Shown one piece after another: positions 7,895-17,238 of a DNA stretch of 64,000 nucleotides. Both the position numbers and the translations under genes were made by a program. Source of the stretch: a virus; IMG/VR virus record IMGVR_UViG_3300028666_000032, positions 5,879-69,878 of that record, one strand, 5' to 3'. Below the pieces are notes generated by a model that made no database searches, was not told the DNA's origin, and saw nothing but the letters and a program-made list of their open reading frames with translations. Each line of letters begins with the position of its first letter. Position 1 is the first letter of the stretch.

Positions 7895-10438
7895 TCATGG
7901 GATCATCCCGTAAAGTACATTCGAGATTTGCTGGGCAAAGAGCGGAGCTACTTTTCCATAACCCTGAATGGATGGATGCAGATTATCCGCGCTATCATTG
8001 GGTACATTCCAGCATGGGTTAAATGTTGGCTCCAGATTAACATCGACAGCAAAGTCGAGAGTTTTCCCTGATCCGCTATTTTGCAAAATCCACGTATTTA
8101 AAAGTCTGGCCTGTGTGTCCATGCCGGATGTGTAACCTCCCGTCACACAGCGGTTATATAACGTCACCATACCAGCAATAAAACCCGCTGTATGCACAGT
8201 CGAGGCCCATGAGGTGATGCTGGCCTCCAGAGTGGCGGCACTTGCTCCGCCAAATTCAATATCGTTAATCCCACCCGCCATAATGATAATATTTGGGATA
8301 CCCGTTTTGAATGTTGGCGTTTCATAAGTGGTCGTTTCACTCACCATGCCTTGAAGCGTTTGGCCGCTTGCGCCAAACGTAAGAACCGAAATCTGATCGC
8401 CTATATACTCGTTTAGATTTTTCGTATAATTCCACCAATATGAGGTAGGACCGCCAGCACCAACTGTAATGCTGTCACCCTGAATAATGACGCTGGCTTT
8501 TGGCGCAATCGGGATAGAATAACTCTGTGAAAGACCGTATTCCATCATTGCTGCATCGGAGGCACTAAGACCGGCGTTAAACGCAACCATTGCATAAGTA
8601 TCACTTTGATTTGTTCCGCCAAAACTCGATCCCCCATAATTCCACTGGCCCCCGGTTGTTGTGGCAGATGTTGCCGCACCGAGGCTGACAGAATAATTAT
8701 TTCTATAATATGTCACTGCACTCGTTGTGGAATTAAGGCCGACAGCAACACCATTTTCATTTGGAAGGGATTGTGCCGTTCCGAAGCCAGTCTGTGTCCC
8801 GTTTATTATCGATGATGATGAAACAGTGCCAAAGGGACCAAGCTGAAGCCCAAATCCACCCGTTCCCAACATGAAGGGAATATTAGTTAATCTTAGAGAC
8901 ATATTGCCGACAACTGACCAGGCCGAGGCATTTTTCGTACTTGTTATTACTACGCCGACAGGAAGATCATATACGCCACCGGCAAGTGAGGGAGCGCCAT
9001 TTTTGAGAGTGTTCAGATCAAGCAAACCGCGATTGCTGTCCGTTGCCTGCGTGGCATCGCTGCCGTTACCAGACTGATCATACCACGTAACCAATTTGAG
9101 CGTTGATGAACCCGCAAAGATTTTCATCAAATTCGTGTCCACAATTCCATCAGCTAAAAACGGGATGTCTAACTGAGCGCTATCGCTTGCGCGAATAACT
9201 TTGCAGCAATTCCCCGCATATCCGGATAACATCTTAGTGAATCCACCAGCAAAAACCGGCGTATTATTCGTCATCGAGCTAATGAATGGGGATGCACCTT
9301 TTCGTGACTGATCCCATGTTGCGCGACCGACAATTCCGGCAAGTTTGGAATTGGGATTAATGGCACCTGTCGCAGGGCCAACAAACCAACCATTGCCGCC
9401 GTTGGTCACGGGTAGATTAAATGTTCCGCCAACATTCCCCGCAAAATAGCCGGCATAGCCACTCGGCGATGAATTCGCTGCATATAGCGCATAATTAACG
9501 GCTCCCGTATCTGTATTAGAGAAATATCCGGCATAGCCGGTATTGGCCAACCCGCTCATCACGCTATAAACGCCATAACCAGACCCCGTAGTGGCATCTG
9601 AAAGGCTAAGCACTTTCCCGGTTGATGTTGCCGATGCTGCCGAGTTCTGCAGGCTCAGGATATTGCCGTTGGTGATCGAGCTTGAACTCAGCGTAAAGGC
9701 TGTCTGTGTCGTCAGACTATTCCATGTCCATGTCTGAGCATTGCCAGCATTATCAATGGAATTGACTCCTGTCGCGCTCGTCAATGAGGAAACGGCAGAA
9801 CCACCGCCCCCTCCCGGCGGAACTGCCCATGTCCCATCGCCGCGCCAGAACGTAGACGAGGATGCGCCCGTGCCACTATTCATCTGACTTATCGATATGT
9901 TGCTCGTCAAATTAGAGAAGCTGATTGACGGCAATTGCCCAAGCGTGGCAACACCGCTGATATCAGCGAATGAGGGCTGTGACAGCGAGGGAACGCCAAG
10001 AGTTGATATGGATCTGATCCAGTTATGAGAAATGGGGGATATGCTTTCAACGCCGCCGATAGAAACTGCACTGGGGAACGGTAAGTCGTTACCTACCAAT
10101 GCGCGCGCAGCAGGAACAGCAGGCGAGCCATTTAATGGCCCGGCGACGACAGTATTTGCAGCAGCGGGAGGAAGAACGCCTGTGGTCGTGACGTTTAAAA
10201 CGCCATTCGTGCAATCGACTGTGTTACCGCATTGCAGGATGCCTGCCGTGATAGTGCTGCCGAGAGTGATGGTTCCCTGAAGGCTGTCACCATCAACACC
10301 GCCGCGGACGATATAGGTTATATCACCGTCCTGGACTGGGCCACCGTCAGGATAGTCTGTGACTTTCGCTGCGAAGCAGGGCGTGACTTGGCAAAGGCCT
10401 ATGAATAAGACGAATGTTAGCCTCAGTAGCCATTGCAT
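7895..10438 (-). CDS. signal-peptide fibre/spike-like protein with ConA/ABF-like and SGNH hydrolase domains
   Basis: N-terminal hydrophobic signal ending CFA-AK; TFWRGDGTW fibre motif; VIRASD...TWYDQSGNG; SGNH blocks GDSIT, GASG, GGIND and DNLHP. Confidence 0.7.
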   Translation of the reverse strand: MQWLLRLTFVLFIGLCQVTPCFAAKVTDYPDGGPVQDGDITYIVRGGVDGDSLQGTITLGSTITAGILQCGNTVDCTNGVLNVTTTGVLPPAAANTVVAGPLNGSPAVPAARALVGNDLPFPSAVSIGGVESISPISHNWIRSISTLGVPSLSQPSFADISGVATLGQLPSISFSNLTSNISISQMNSGTGASSSTFWRGDGTWAVPPGGGGGSAVSSLTSATGVNSIDNAGNAQTWTWNSLTTQTAFTLSSSSITNGNILSLQNSAASATSTGKVLSLSDATTGSGYGVYSVMSGLANTGYAGYFSNTDTGAVNYALYAANSSPSGYAGYFAGNVGGTFNLPVTNGGNGWFVGPATGAINPNSKLAGIVGRATWDQSRKGASPFISSMTNNTPVFAGGFTKMLSGYAGNCCKVIRASDSAQLDIPFLADGIVDTNLMKIFAGSSTLKLVTWYDQSGNGSDATQATDSNRGLLDLNTLKNGAPSLAGGVYDLPVGVVITSTKNASAWSVVGNMSLRLTNIPFMLGTGGFGLQLGPFGTVSSSSIINGTQTGFGTAQSLPNENGVAVGLNSTTSAVTYYRNNYSVSLGAATSATTTGGQWNYGGSSFGGTNQSDTYAMVAFNAGLSASDAAMMEYGLSQSYSIPIAPKASVIIQGDSITVGAGGPTSYWWNYTKNLNEYIGDQISVLTFGASGQTLQGMVSETTTYETPTFKTGIPNIIIMAGGINDIEFGGASAATLEASITSWASTVHTAGFIAGMVTLYNRCVTGGYTSGMDTQARLLNTWILQNSGSGKTLDFAVDVNLEPTFNPCWNVPNDSADNLHPSIQGYGKVAPLFAQQISNVLYGMIP

Positions 10439-12528
10439 TGCGCCACCAGGAGATCAGAAGCATTCCATGCTGTTGATGTGCCAGTGGTGCGGCTATAGCT
10501 TGTCCACGTCACGGTTGATGCCGATGTAGGAACTGAGGCCGTCACAAGTGTTCCCACACTGGTCGAGTCAACCACGTTGCAGGCATAACCGTGAGGAGCA
10601 GCCACACCGAATGCAACAACGCCTGATGTTGCAGAGCCGCCAGTTCCCACGTTGACCGTAAATGTCGTGCTGCTTGACCCGCTGGCAACCGATGGAGAAG
10701 TCCCAAAGCCGCTGCTGATCGTGGGGGCACTCAAAGAAGCGATCACAGCATTGCCAATATTAAGGTAATTGGATGTACCCGAGGCAGGCGTATCAACTCC
10801 AGTCGTGGTGCCGAGCAGAATATTATTTGATCCAGTCAGAAGCGTTACGTTAGCTACATTTTGGCCAAGGATGAGATTTGAGCTACCGGTCGTTATATGG
10901 TTGCCAGCAAAAGCGCCAACAATCGTATTACTTGCCCCCGAAGTGATGGAGGCGGCGGAGTTATTGCCAACTCCCACATTGAAGCTTCCAGTAAGAGCGC
11001 CAACACTAAATGCGGATTCGCCTATAGCCACATTGTGGGAACCCGTCGTAATGGTTTGTCCGGCATGAAAACCGAGGGCCGTATTATTAGTTGCCCCTCC
11101 GGTTAAAGCCTGAAGGGCAAGATTGCCTATACCAGCATTCCCGCCACCGCTACTATTATGAGAAGAACTTTGAACGCCCTGACCTATCGATACGTCTCCG
11201 CTGCAGCCATAAGCGCCCTGCCCTATTGCTACGGTTAAAAAACAGTTGTTGGCTGTAAGATTGGCGCCGCCCCCAATAAGCACATTCTGAAAGCCGGAAA
11301 CAGCGGTGTTTCCAGCCTGATAGCCGATAAAGGTATCAAGATATCCTACCGTTAAAGCGGAGCCAGCCTGGTAGCCAATGGCAGTATTATTAGTGGATGT
11401 GGAAAGTGTAAGAGCCTGATAACCAATCGCAGTGTTTTGTGCAGCCGTCGTAAGCGTAGCCAGTGCGCTTGCGCCAATGGCTGTATTGAACAAACCAGTT
11501 GTGGTTTGATTTAAAAGAGCAGATGCACCGATGGAAACGCCCGTAGTATCAACTCCGTTATCCGGCAACGACAGGCCATTGCCGCCGTTTAAGTTAAGGC
11601 CTTTGGTGGTGGCGTTATATTGCAGGCCCGTAGCATCGCTGACCGCTGACGTGCTGGATGCATAATAGGATAGATCGGGTGTCGTGCCGCTGTTGACCGT
11701 GCCGCTTCCGCCACCACCGGTATATTGCGGAATGTTCAATGAATTTCCGGACAGCACCGCAGCGCCTGACGTTCCCGTGGTCGTGAGCGTTAGCTGCCCT
11801 TGATATTGAGGAATGTTCAGAGCATTTCCGCCAGTGAGAACGGCTGCGCCGGTCGTGCCCGTCGTCGTCAGAGAGATGCTGCCGCCAGCCGCGCCGTTCG
11901 ATGCGGCCGTGATACGGCCATTCGAGTCGACCGTGAGATTCGTGTTCGTATAACTGGCGGGGGTAACAGCCGTGGTCGGCAGTCGTGCTGCGCTCAGTGT
12001 ACCGCTTGCGATATTGGTAGCGTTCGTGGTGTCGGTTGTTGCCGAAGGAGCAAAATTTGCTCCATTTGACTTCGTGCAGGTTAGCGATCCACTTGAAGCG
12101 AGAGTGCAATCGCCGCTGACCGCATGGGTTCCCCATGATGTGCCAGATCCGATAAGAATATTCCCGGCGGTCGCGGTCGTTGTGCCAAGGGAGGCGCCGT
12201 TGATTGCAGCTACCGTCGCCGCGACAGACCCGGTGCCGCTGGCCGTGACATCGCCGGTAAGTGCCGTAATACCGCTACCACCACCGCCAGTGACAGTAAT
12301 AATGCCTCCAGAGCAGGACGTGCCGGAGCCGCATTCGAGAAGACCTGGAACCGTCGAGCTTCCAACCGCAACGGTGCCATACATGCTGGTATTGCTGCGG
12401 ACGATGTAGGTAACGTCGCCAGCCTGCAAATTGCCGCCGCTTGGATAGTTAGGAACCTGTCCAGCAAATGCTTGGCCACTTAAAATGATGCCCAATGCAA
12501 GGGCGGCGTATCCGAGCTTCATAGTCAA
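10423..12528 (-). CDS. signal-peptide fibre-like protein with NTAIG beta-roll repeats
   Basis: MTMKLGYAALALGIILSGQAFA signal; LTGDVT and TVDSNGRITAA fibre motifs; many NTAIGxxAL repeats. Confidence 0.7.
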   Translation of the reverse strand: MTMKLGYAALALGIILSGQAFAGQVPNYPSGGNLQAGDVTYIVRSNTSMYGTVAVGSSTVPGLLECGSGTSCSGGIITVTGGGGSGITALTGDVTASGTGSVAATVAAINGASLGTTTATAGNILIGSGTSWGTHAVSGDCTLASSGSLTCTKSNGANFAPSATTDTTNATNIASGTLSAARLPTTAVTPASYTNTNLTVDSNGRITAASNGAAGGSISLTTTGTTGAAVLTGGNALNIPQYQGQLTLTTTGTSGAAVLSGNSLNIPQYTGGGGSGTVNSGTTPDLSYYASSTSAVSDATGLQYNATTKGLNLNGGNGLSLPDNGVDTTGVSIGASALLNQTTTGLFNTAIGASALATLTTAAQNTAIGYQALTLSTSTNNTAIGYQAGSALTVGYLDTFIGYQAGNTAVSGFQNVLIGGGANLTANNCFLTVAIGQGAYGCSGDVSIGQGVQSSSHNSSGGGNAGIGNLALQALTGGATNNTALGFHAGQTITTGSHNVAIGESAFSVGALTGSFNVGVGNNSAASITSGASNTIVGAFAGNHITTGSSNLILGQNVANVTLLTGSNNILLGTTTGVDTPASGTSNYLNIGNAVIASLSAPTISSGFGTSPSVASGSSSTTFTVNVGTGGSATSGVVAFGVAAPHGYACNVVDSTSVGTLVTASVPTSASTVTWTSYSRTTGTSTAWNASDLLVAQCNGY

Positions 12529-12553
12529 GCCAATTCTGCGCCAATGGCGCGTT

Positions 12554-12769
12554 TTAGGTTTCCTTTGACTTTAATTTCTTGTTGTCGTCTTCCACAACGG
12601 CCGGTTTCTCGGCCACGACAGGAGCGATTACTTCCTCTGGCACGGGACGGGGCTTCGGATCGTGTATAAGAACAGCCAAGACGCCGCATTTAGGGCAGCA
12701 GCGGGTTTTGGCTTCGGAGAGATGATCGATCTTGATCTCTCGATCACATTTCGGACAGCGCATTCTGAA
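12554..12769 (-). CDS. small Zn-ribbon protein
   Basis: MFRMRCPKC...CCPKC. Confidence 0.5.
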   Translation of the reverse strand, partial: FRMRCPKCDREIKIDHLSEAKTRCCPKCGVLAVLIHDPKPRPVPEEVIAPVVAEKPAVVEDDNKKLKSKET

Positions 12770-12854
12770 CATTTTGTCTCCAATTCTTAAGATAAAGCCC
12801 GACCCGACTTTCACCGGATCGGGCTATCTTCCCCACTAAGAAGTTCTCACCAAT

Positions 12855-13328
12855 TCACTCAACGTGCTTCCAGCTTTCTCGATGGATAATGCGGGCAATC
12901 TGCGACTGACCAACTCCATACAAGTCTGCAAGGTCGTTCTGAGACATACATCCAGATGCGTAAAGTTCACGGATTTTGCGAACATCGCCCGACTTGATTT
13001 TAGCGCGCCCATGATCTTCCCCCTGTAATAGGGGAAAAACATACCCACGGCATTTCCGCCGCATGTCGGCAATATTATCTTGTTGGGTGCCCAGGAAGAG
13101 ATGGTCAGGGTTGACGCATCTCCCATTATCGCACTTGTGAAGAACGCACATTCCATCCGGAATTACTCCATTTTTCAGAAACCATGCGACCCGATGCGCC
13201 TGCGTTCTCCAGCCTTTGTAAATCGTATGACCGTGCATTTTACCGCACAGTTCATTCAACCAAAGCCAACAACCATTAGGCCCGTTCTTGTCTACACGCT
13301 TCCAAAATAACTCTTCTCTTCTATCCAT
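12855..13328 (-). CDS. HNH endonuclease
   Basis: CWLW, AHRVAW, VLHKCDNGRCVNPDHLFLGTQQDN and a C-terminal HTH; AGGAGG RBS before ATG 13328. Confidence 0.9.
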   Translation of the reverse strand: MDRREELFWKRVDKNGPNGCWLWLNELCGKMHGHTIYKGWRTQAHRVAWFLKNGVIPDGMCVLHKCDNGRCVNPDHLFLGTQQDNIADMRRKCRGYVFPLLQGEDHGRAKIKSGDVRKIRELYASGCMSQNDLADLYGVGQSQIARIIHRESWKHVE

Positions 13329-13413
13329 CGCGCCTCCTATCCGTTGTGAGGCGTGTAAATTACGACAACACAACGGATAGTACAAGCGAGATGGAGTAAC
13401 CTATTGTTTAACT

Positions 13414-15210
13414 TCAGCCATTTCCTATTCCAGTTATTATCCCAACGGCAAATGGCGCATACAGCGCCAGCAGCTCTTCCGTGTACACTCCATACTGGTA
13501 TTCGCGTGTGACGATAGGCCAGTCTTGTGCGTAGTAATCACGGCGCGTGAGCACTTCGGCAACGTTAGGCGTCGAATTGCTCTTGTAGTAGTTCGGCAGC
13601 GACTTCGCGAAGGCCAGCAACGTGCCGGGCGGGATCGTCGGATGGATGATGATAGGAATCTTCCGTCCGCCGGGGATATACGGGTTGTGATAGAACGAGA
13701 TCACACCGTAACCCGTAATATCGAAACCGTCTCCATCCGTCATCGCCCGCAGCAACGGAGCGCTTGATCCGTTGAGCACGCGGCTTGTGATGTTTGCCAG
13801 TTCCTGCGCGTTGCACCAGATCACATCAACTGTGACCTTGTACAGGTTCCACATCTGGACAAGCATGGCGTCGATCTGATCGACGTTGCCCTTGCCGGAG
13901 GTGGTGAGCAAACCACCCGCCATGTTGTTCACATAAGCGTTTTGCGGTGACAGGTTGGTGTTGTTCCACGCTTGCGTGAGCAAACCGTCGAACGCCTTGA
14001 CCTGATTGGTTCCACCGCCAGCCGTGCCGTTATTCTGCGAGAAATCCGTGGCCGTAAGAGCAGAATACGCTTCGTTGGTCGTGTGGCCCGTTGTCGGATC
14101 GGACGTGAAGGCAAATTGCGGAACCGTGGTAAGAGCCACAAGATACATCGCCGCGGCGCTGTTGCTTGTGCCTACATACCAGAGATACGCCACTTCGCCG
14201 TTCTTCGGTGTCACCGAAGAAGTTACGGTGAGGCTGCTGGACGGAGAAACAACAGACGAGATTGCCGACTTCTGGGCGCAACCGCCGTTCGTCGTCATCG
14301 TCTTGCTGTCGGGCGTCACAACCGAAACCTGCTGCTGAGGCGCCAGGCCTGACGTAACCAAAGGTACGCCAGAGCTTGAGAACCCATTGCGCAGGATGAA
14401 GTTGCGATAACCTTCGTAGGTCAACGCTACGCAGCCGATATAGAAGCTGCCGGTGAAGCTGCCGCTTCCGGATGCTACGTTCGTCGGCGTATTCGTGGTG
14501 CCGAGAGCCAGCGAACTGTTGCCGCCAAGGAGCGAGTCCTCTTCCATTGCCATCACGCTTTCCAGCGTGAAGAAATGCTCAAGCGCCATCGCGTCATCGA
14601 AGCCCACCGAGGATGATTCGGCTTCGAACGACACGCTGCCTTCGCGGCCGAGCGTCACATAGTTGGCGCTCGCATCGAGAGCGGTGAGGCTGATCTGCGG
14701 AGCACGCTGACCTTCGTTCACCCATGGCATCGCCGGGAGTGTGCCGCGACTATAGCTGCCGGCGGCGGTTGTGAACGATTTCCAGTGTGCCGTTGCACCA
14801 GGGGAAGTACGCGCAACGCGGGGGAGTGCCTCGCGGAGCGGATAGAGCCATGGCACGAGCTGCTTGGCCGGAGCCTGCAAATCATACGGGGTGATGTTCG
14901 AGGCAACTCCGATGAAGCCCTTGCGGACCGCGTCGGCATTCATGCCCTTGTTGGAAACCCATGCGCCGAAGCGTTCGCGAAGCACGGCCTTCATCATGTT
15001 GTGACGAAGGGCCTTGTTCTCCGGCGTTTCTTCAAGGCGGAAAACACCGGGGATATGCTTGTCGACTTCCATCATACGGAACGAGCCGTTGGCGATGGAT
15101 TTGTTGAAGGGAGCAATCGCGCCTTCCAACTCTTTCTTGAGGCCTGCCGATGCGCTGCGCGGGATAAAGCCGCGTGCTTCCAGCTGGTCTGCGGTCAATT
15201 GTTCGGACAT
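13414..15210 (-). CDS. major capsid protein (HK97-fold, with large insertion)
   Basis: Follows the protease; YDLQAPAKQLVP, IIIHPTIPPGTLL and YGVYTEELLALYAPFAVGIITGI motifs. Confidence 0.85.
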   Translation of the reverse strand: MSEQLTADQLEARGFIPRSASAGLKKELEGAIAPFNKSIANGSFRMMEVDKHIPGVFRLEETPENKALRHNMMKAVLRERFGAWVSNKGMNADAVRKGFIGVASNITPYDLQAPAKQLVPWLYPLREALPRVARTSPGATAHWKSFTTAAGSYSRGTLPAMPWVNEGQRAPQISLTALDASANYVTLGREGSVSFEAESSSVGFDDAMALEHFFTLESVMAMEEDSLLGGNSSLALGTTNTPTNVASGSGSFTGSFYIGCVALTYEGYRNFILRNGFSSSGVPLVTSGLAPQQQVSVVTPDSKTMTTNGGCAQKSAISSVVSPSSSLTVTSSVTPKNGEVAYLWYVGTSNSAAAMYLVALTTVPQFAFTSDPTTGHTTNEAYSALTATDFSQNNGTAGGGTNQVKAFDGLLTQAWNNTNLSPQNAYVNNMAGGLLTTSGKGNVDQIDAMLVQMWNLYKVTVDVIWCNAQELANITSRVLNGSSAPLLRAMTDGDGFDITGYGVISFYHNPYIPGGRKIPIIIHPTIPPGTLLAFAKSLPNYYKSNSTPNVAEVLTRRDYYAQDWPIVTREYQYGVYTEELLALYAPFAVGIITGIGNG

Positions 15211-15221
15211 CGAGACTTCTC

Positions 15222-17051
15222 CTATCTAGCGTTATGTGCAAGGCGGCGTTCGTGCTCCGGCGACAAACGCAATGCCTCGTATGGGTTGGAGTTAGTCTCG
15301 ACGGGCGCGGTACCGGATTGCGCCTCGTGACCGGTTACATCAAACGGCATGCCTTTCAGCACTGCCGGTTTTCTTTCCAGATGATCGACCCGCTTCAGGA
15401 CTTCCTGAAGCTTGCCGGTCAATCCTGTGATTGTCTTGGTAAGCGCTGTATTCATGGCTTGCGATTTCGCGAGCTCTTCTGAATGCATTGCCTTTTCCGC
15501 GTCGGCTTCGTCTGGCTCGATCTTCGATCCCATCTTCATGCAGTGCTGCATGATCTCGTTGCCAGCGGCATGGGCCTTTTTGACGTGATCCGATGCTTCG
15601 GGAACGGCTTTCGTCACCTCGCCATCATCGTGCATTTCATGCATGGCCTTCATGCAATGCTGCATCACGCGGCCAGCGGCCTTGTGGATGGCTTTCACGC
15701 GATCCGCGTGCGGCTTTTCGCCATCTGCACTTCCATCGCCAGGCTCGCTAACCTTCTTCACGGCATCCAAAAGCTTACCGGCTTTCAGATGCTTCCCGAT
15801 TGCGCGGGCATGGTGGACTGGCATTCCGGCGGCAGCCTCGAGAGCCGCTTCGATGCCAGTGCCGCCGTGATCTTCGACAATCTCGCTACATTCCTCTTCA
15901 GTGTATGTCACGAGGAACGCCAGCACTTCCTTGATGATCGAAGTGAGATGATCAGGGGCATCCGAATCCTTGTCCTCTTCCCAAGCCTCTTCGGCGGCAA
16001 CGCACTGTTGCAGCCATTCGAGTTCTTGGGCGAGGCAAGCAGCGCGAGCGACAGTATGCAGGTCTTTTGTGATCTTAAGACCGCTGCGCTTTGCCATCTT
16101 CCAGTCATCTGGTACTAGGCTTTCGAGGCCGAGGGCCTTGGCGCGGGTTTTGATGTGATCCTTTGCCTTCGCCGGGTCTTTGGCACGGCCAACGGCACGG
16201 ATAGCGTTCTTCAAATCCTGTTCGGATTTTATTGGGAAGCTGCCATCTTCCATTGCTTCTCCCGACTCAGCCATCTTCGAGCGTTCGTCGTCCGAGAAAT
16301 CGCGTTTCCAGTAAATATCGCTTTCGATTTTCGAATCGATCTTTTCATTGATATCGCCGAGCAGCTTATCGACCTCGGCTGTTGCCGCTTTCACCAAAGC
16401 CTGAGCCTCCACCGCTTGATTGTGCTTGAGCGCGTCTGCTTTCGACTTGTGGAAAGAGCCGTCTTTGGCTTGCCAGCCCTGCGTTACCTCAGGATCGGTT
16501 TTGTTCGATGGAACCTTTGGCTCATCCTTGTTAACTTCCGGCTTTGCATCTTCCTTGGTGTGGAATTTGCGCATTTCGACAGCGCCATCGGCTTTGACGA
16601 TTTCAAAAGTCGCTTCAGTCACACAGGGATTATCGACGATGGAAACTTCGGCGGGATTGGCAGTGTAATGGGTTACGTCGCCCTCTTGCCACTTGTCGAC
16701 ATACTCTCCGCCTTGTGAAAACCCCGAATAACACCCGTCGAGAACCATCTTCCAGCAATTGTCATCAACGATTTTGGCGGTGATCTCGATGCTCTTTTCT
16801 GCATCGTTAAACTGAATGTCCGTAAGCTTACCGGCGACTTCAGGCTGGTGCATGATGCGCACGTTGCCAAGGGACTTGCCGTTGGTGGCTTTCTTGAAGC
16901 CGTCAGACCATTTCTGATAATAAGGTTTTGTTGATTCGTAATCGCAGACTTCGCCGCTCTTATCCAAAACTTCTGCGGTAGCAATGCCGGAGACAAGACG
17001 CTTTTCTTCGTCAACTTTGCGCAGGGCAAAGAAGATGGGCAACGCGGTCAT
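15222..17051 (-). CDS. prohead protease/scaffold fusion (includes DUF6582-like domain)
   Basis: KVDEEKRLVSGIATAEVLDKSGE, RIMHQ, GFSQGG and EVSIVDNPC (HK97-type protease); central GEAMEDGSFPIKSEQDLKNAIRAVGRAKD. Confidence 0.85.
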   Translation of the reverse strand: MTALPIFFALRKVDEEKRLVSGIATAEVLDKSGEVCDYESTKPYYQKWSDGFKKATNGKSLGNVRIMHQPEVAGKLTDIQFNDAEKSIEITAKIVDDNCWKMVLDGCYSGFSQGGEYVDKWQEGDVTHYTANPAEVSIVDNPCVTEATFEIVKADGAVEMRKFHTKEDAKPEVNKDEPKVPSNKTDPEVTQGWQAKDGSFHKSKADALKHNQAVEAQALVKAATAEVDKLLGDINEKIDSKIESDIYWKRDFSDDERSKMAESGEAMEDGSFPIKSEQDLKNAIRAVGRAKDPAKAKDHIKTRAKALGLESLVPDDWKMAKRSGLKITKDLHTVARAACLAQELEWLQQCVAAEEAWEEDKDSDAPDHLTSIIKEVLAFLVTYTEEECSEIVEDHGGTGIEAALEAAAGMPVHHARAIGKHLKAGKLLDAVKKVSEPGDGSADGEKPHADRVKAIHKAAGRVMQHCMKAMHEMHDDGEVTKAVPEASDHVKKAHAAGNEIMQHCMKMGSKIEPDEADAEKAMHSEELAKSQAMNTALTKTITGLTGKLQEVLKRVDHLERKPAVLKGMPFDVTGHEAQSGTAPVETNSNPYEALRLSPEHERRLAHNAR

Positions 17052-17150
17052 GCTGACCTCACGAAAAGGTTAAGCTGGGAATTTTTGGGGAAGGTGATCT
17101 TGCCGGAGGACTTGAACATTCGAGTGCGCACCTGATACAAAGACCATCGG

Positions 17151-17212
17151 CTGCGCAATCAGCCCGCACGAGGAAGCTAGTAACTTCGCTCCGTGATTAG
17201 CGCTGCATTATA
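17151..17212 (-). promoter_or_regulatory. late leader element copy 2 with TATAAT -10
   Basis: Minus strand TATAAT, then CACGGAGCGAAG-TTACTAG-CTTCCTCGTG, then GCTGATTGCGCAG; upstream of the protease/capsid genes. Confidence 0.7.
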
Positions 17213-17238
17213 AACATGCGGCGCTTTTCATTCAAGCA

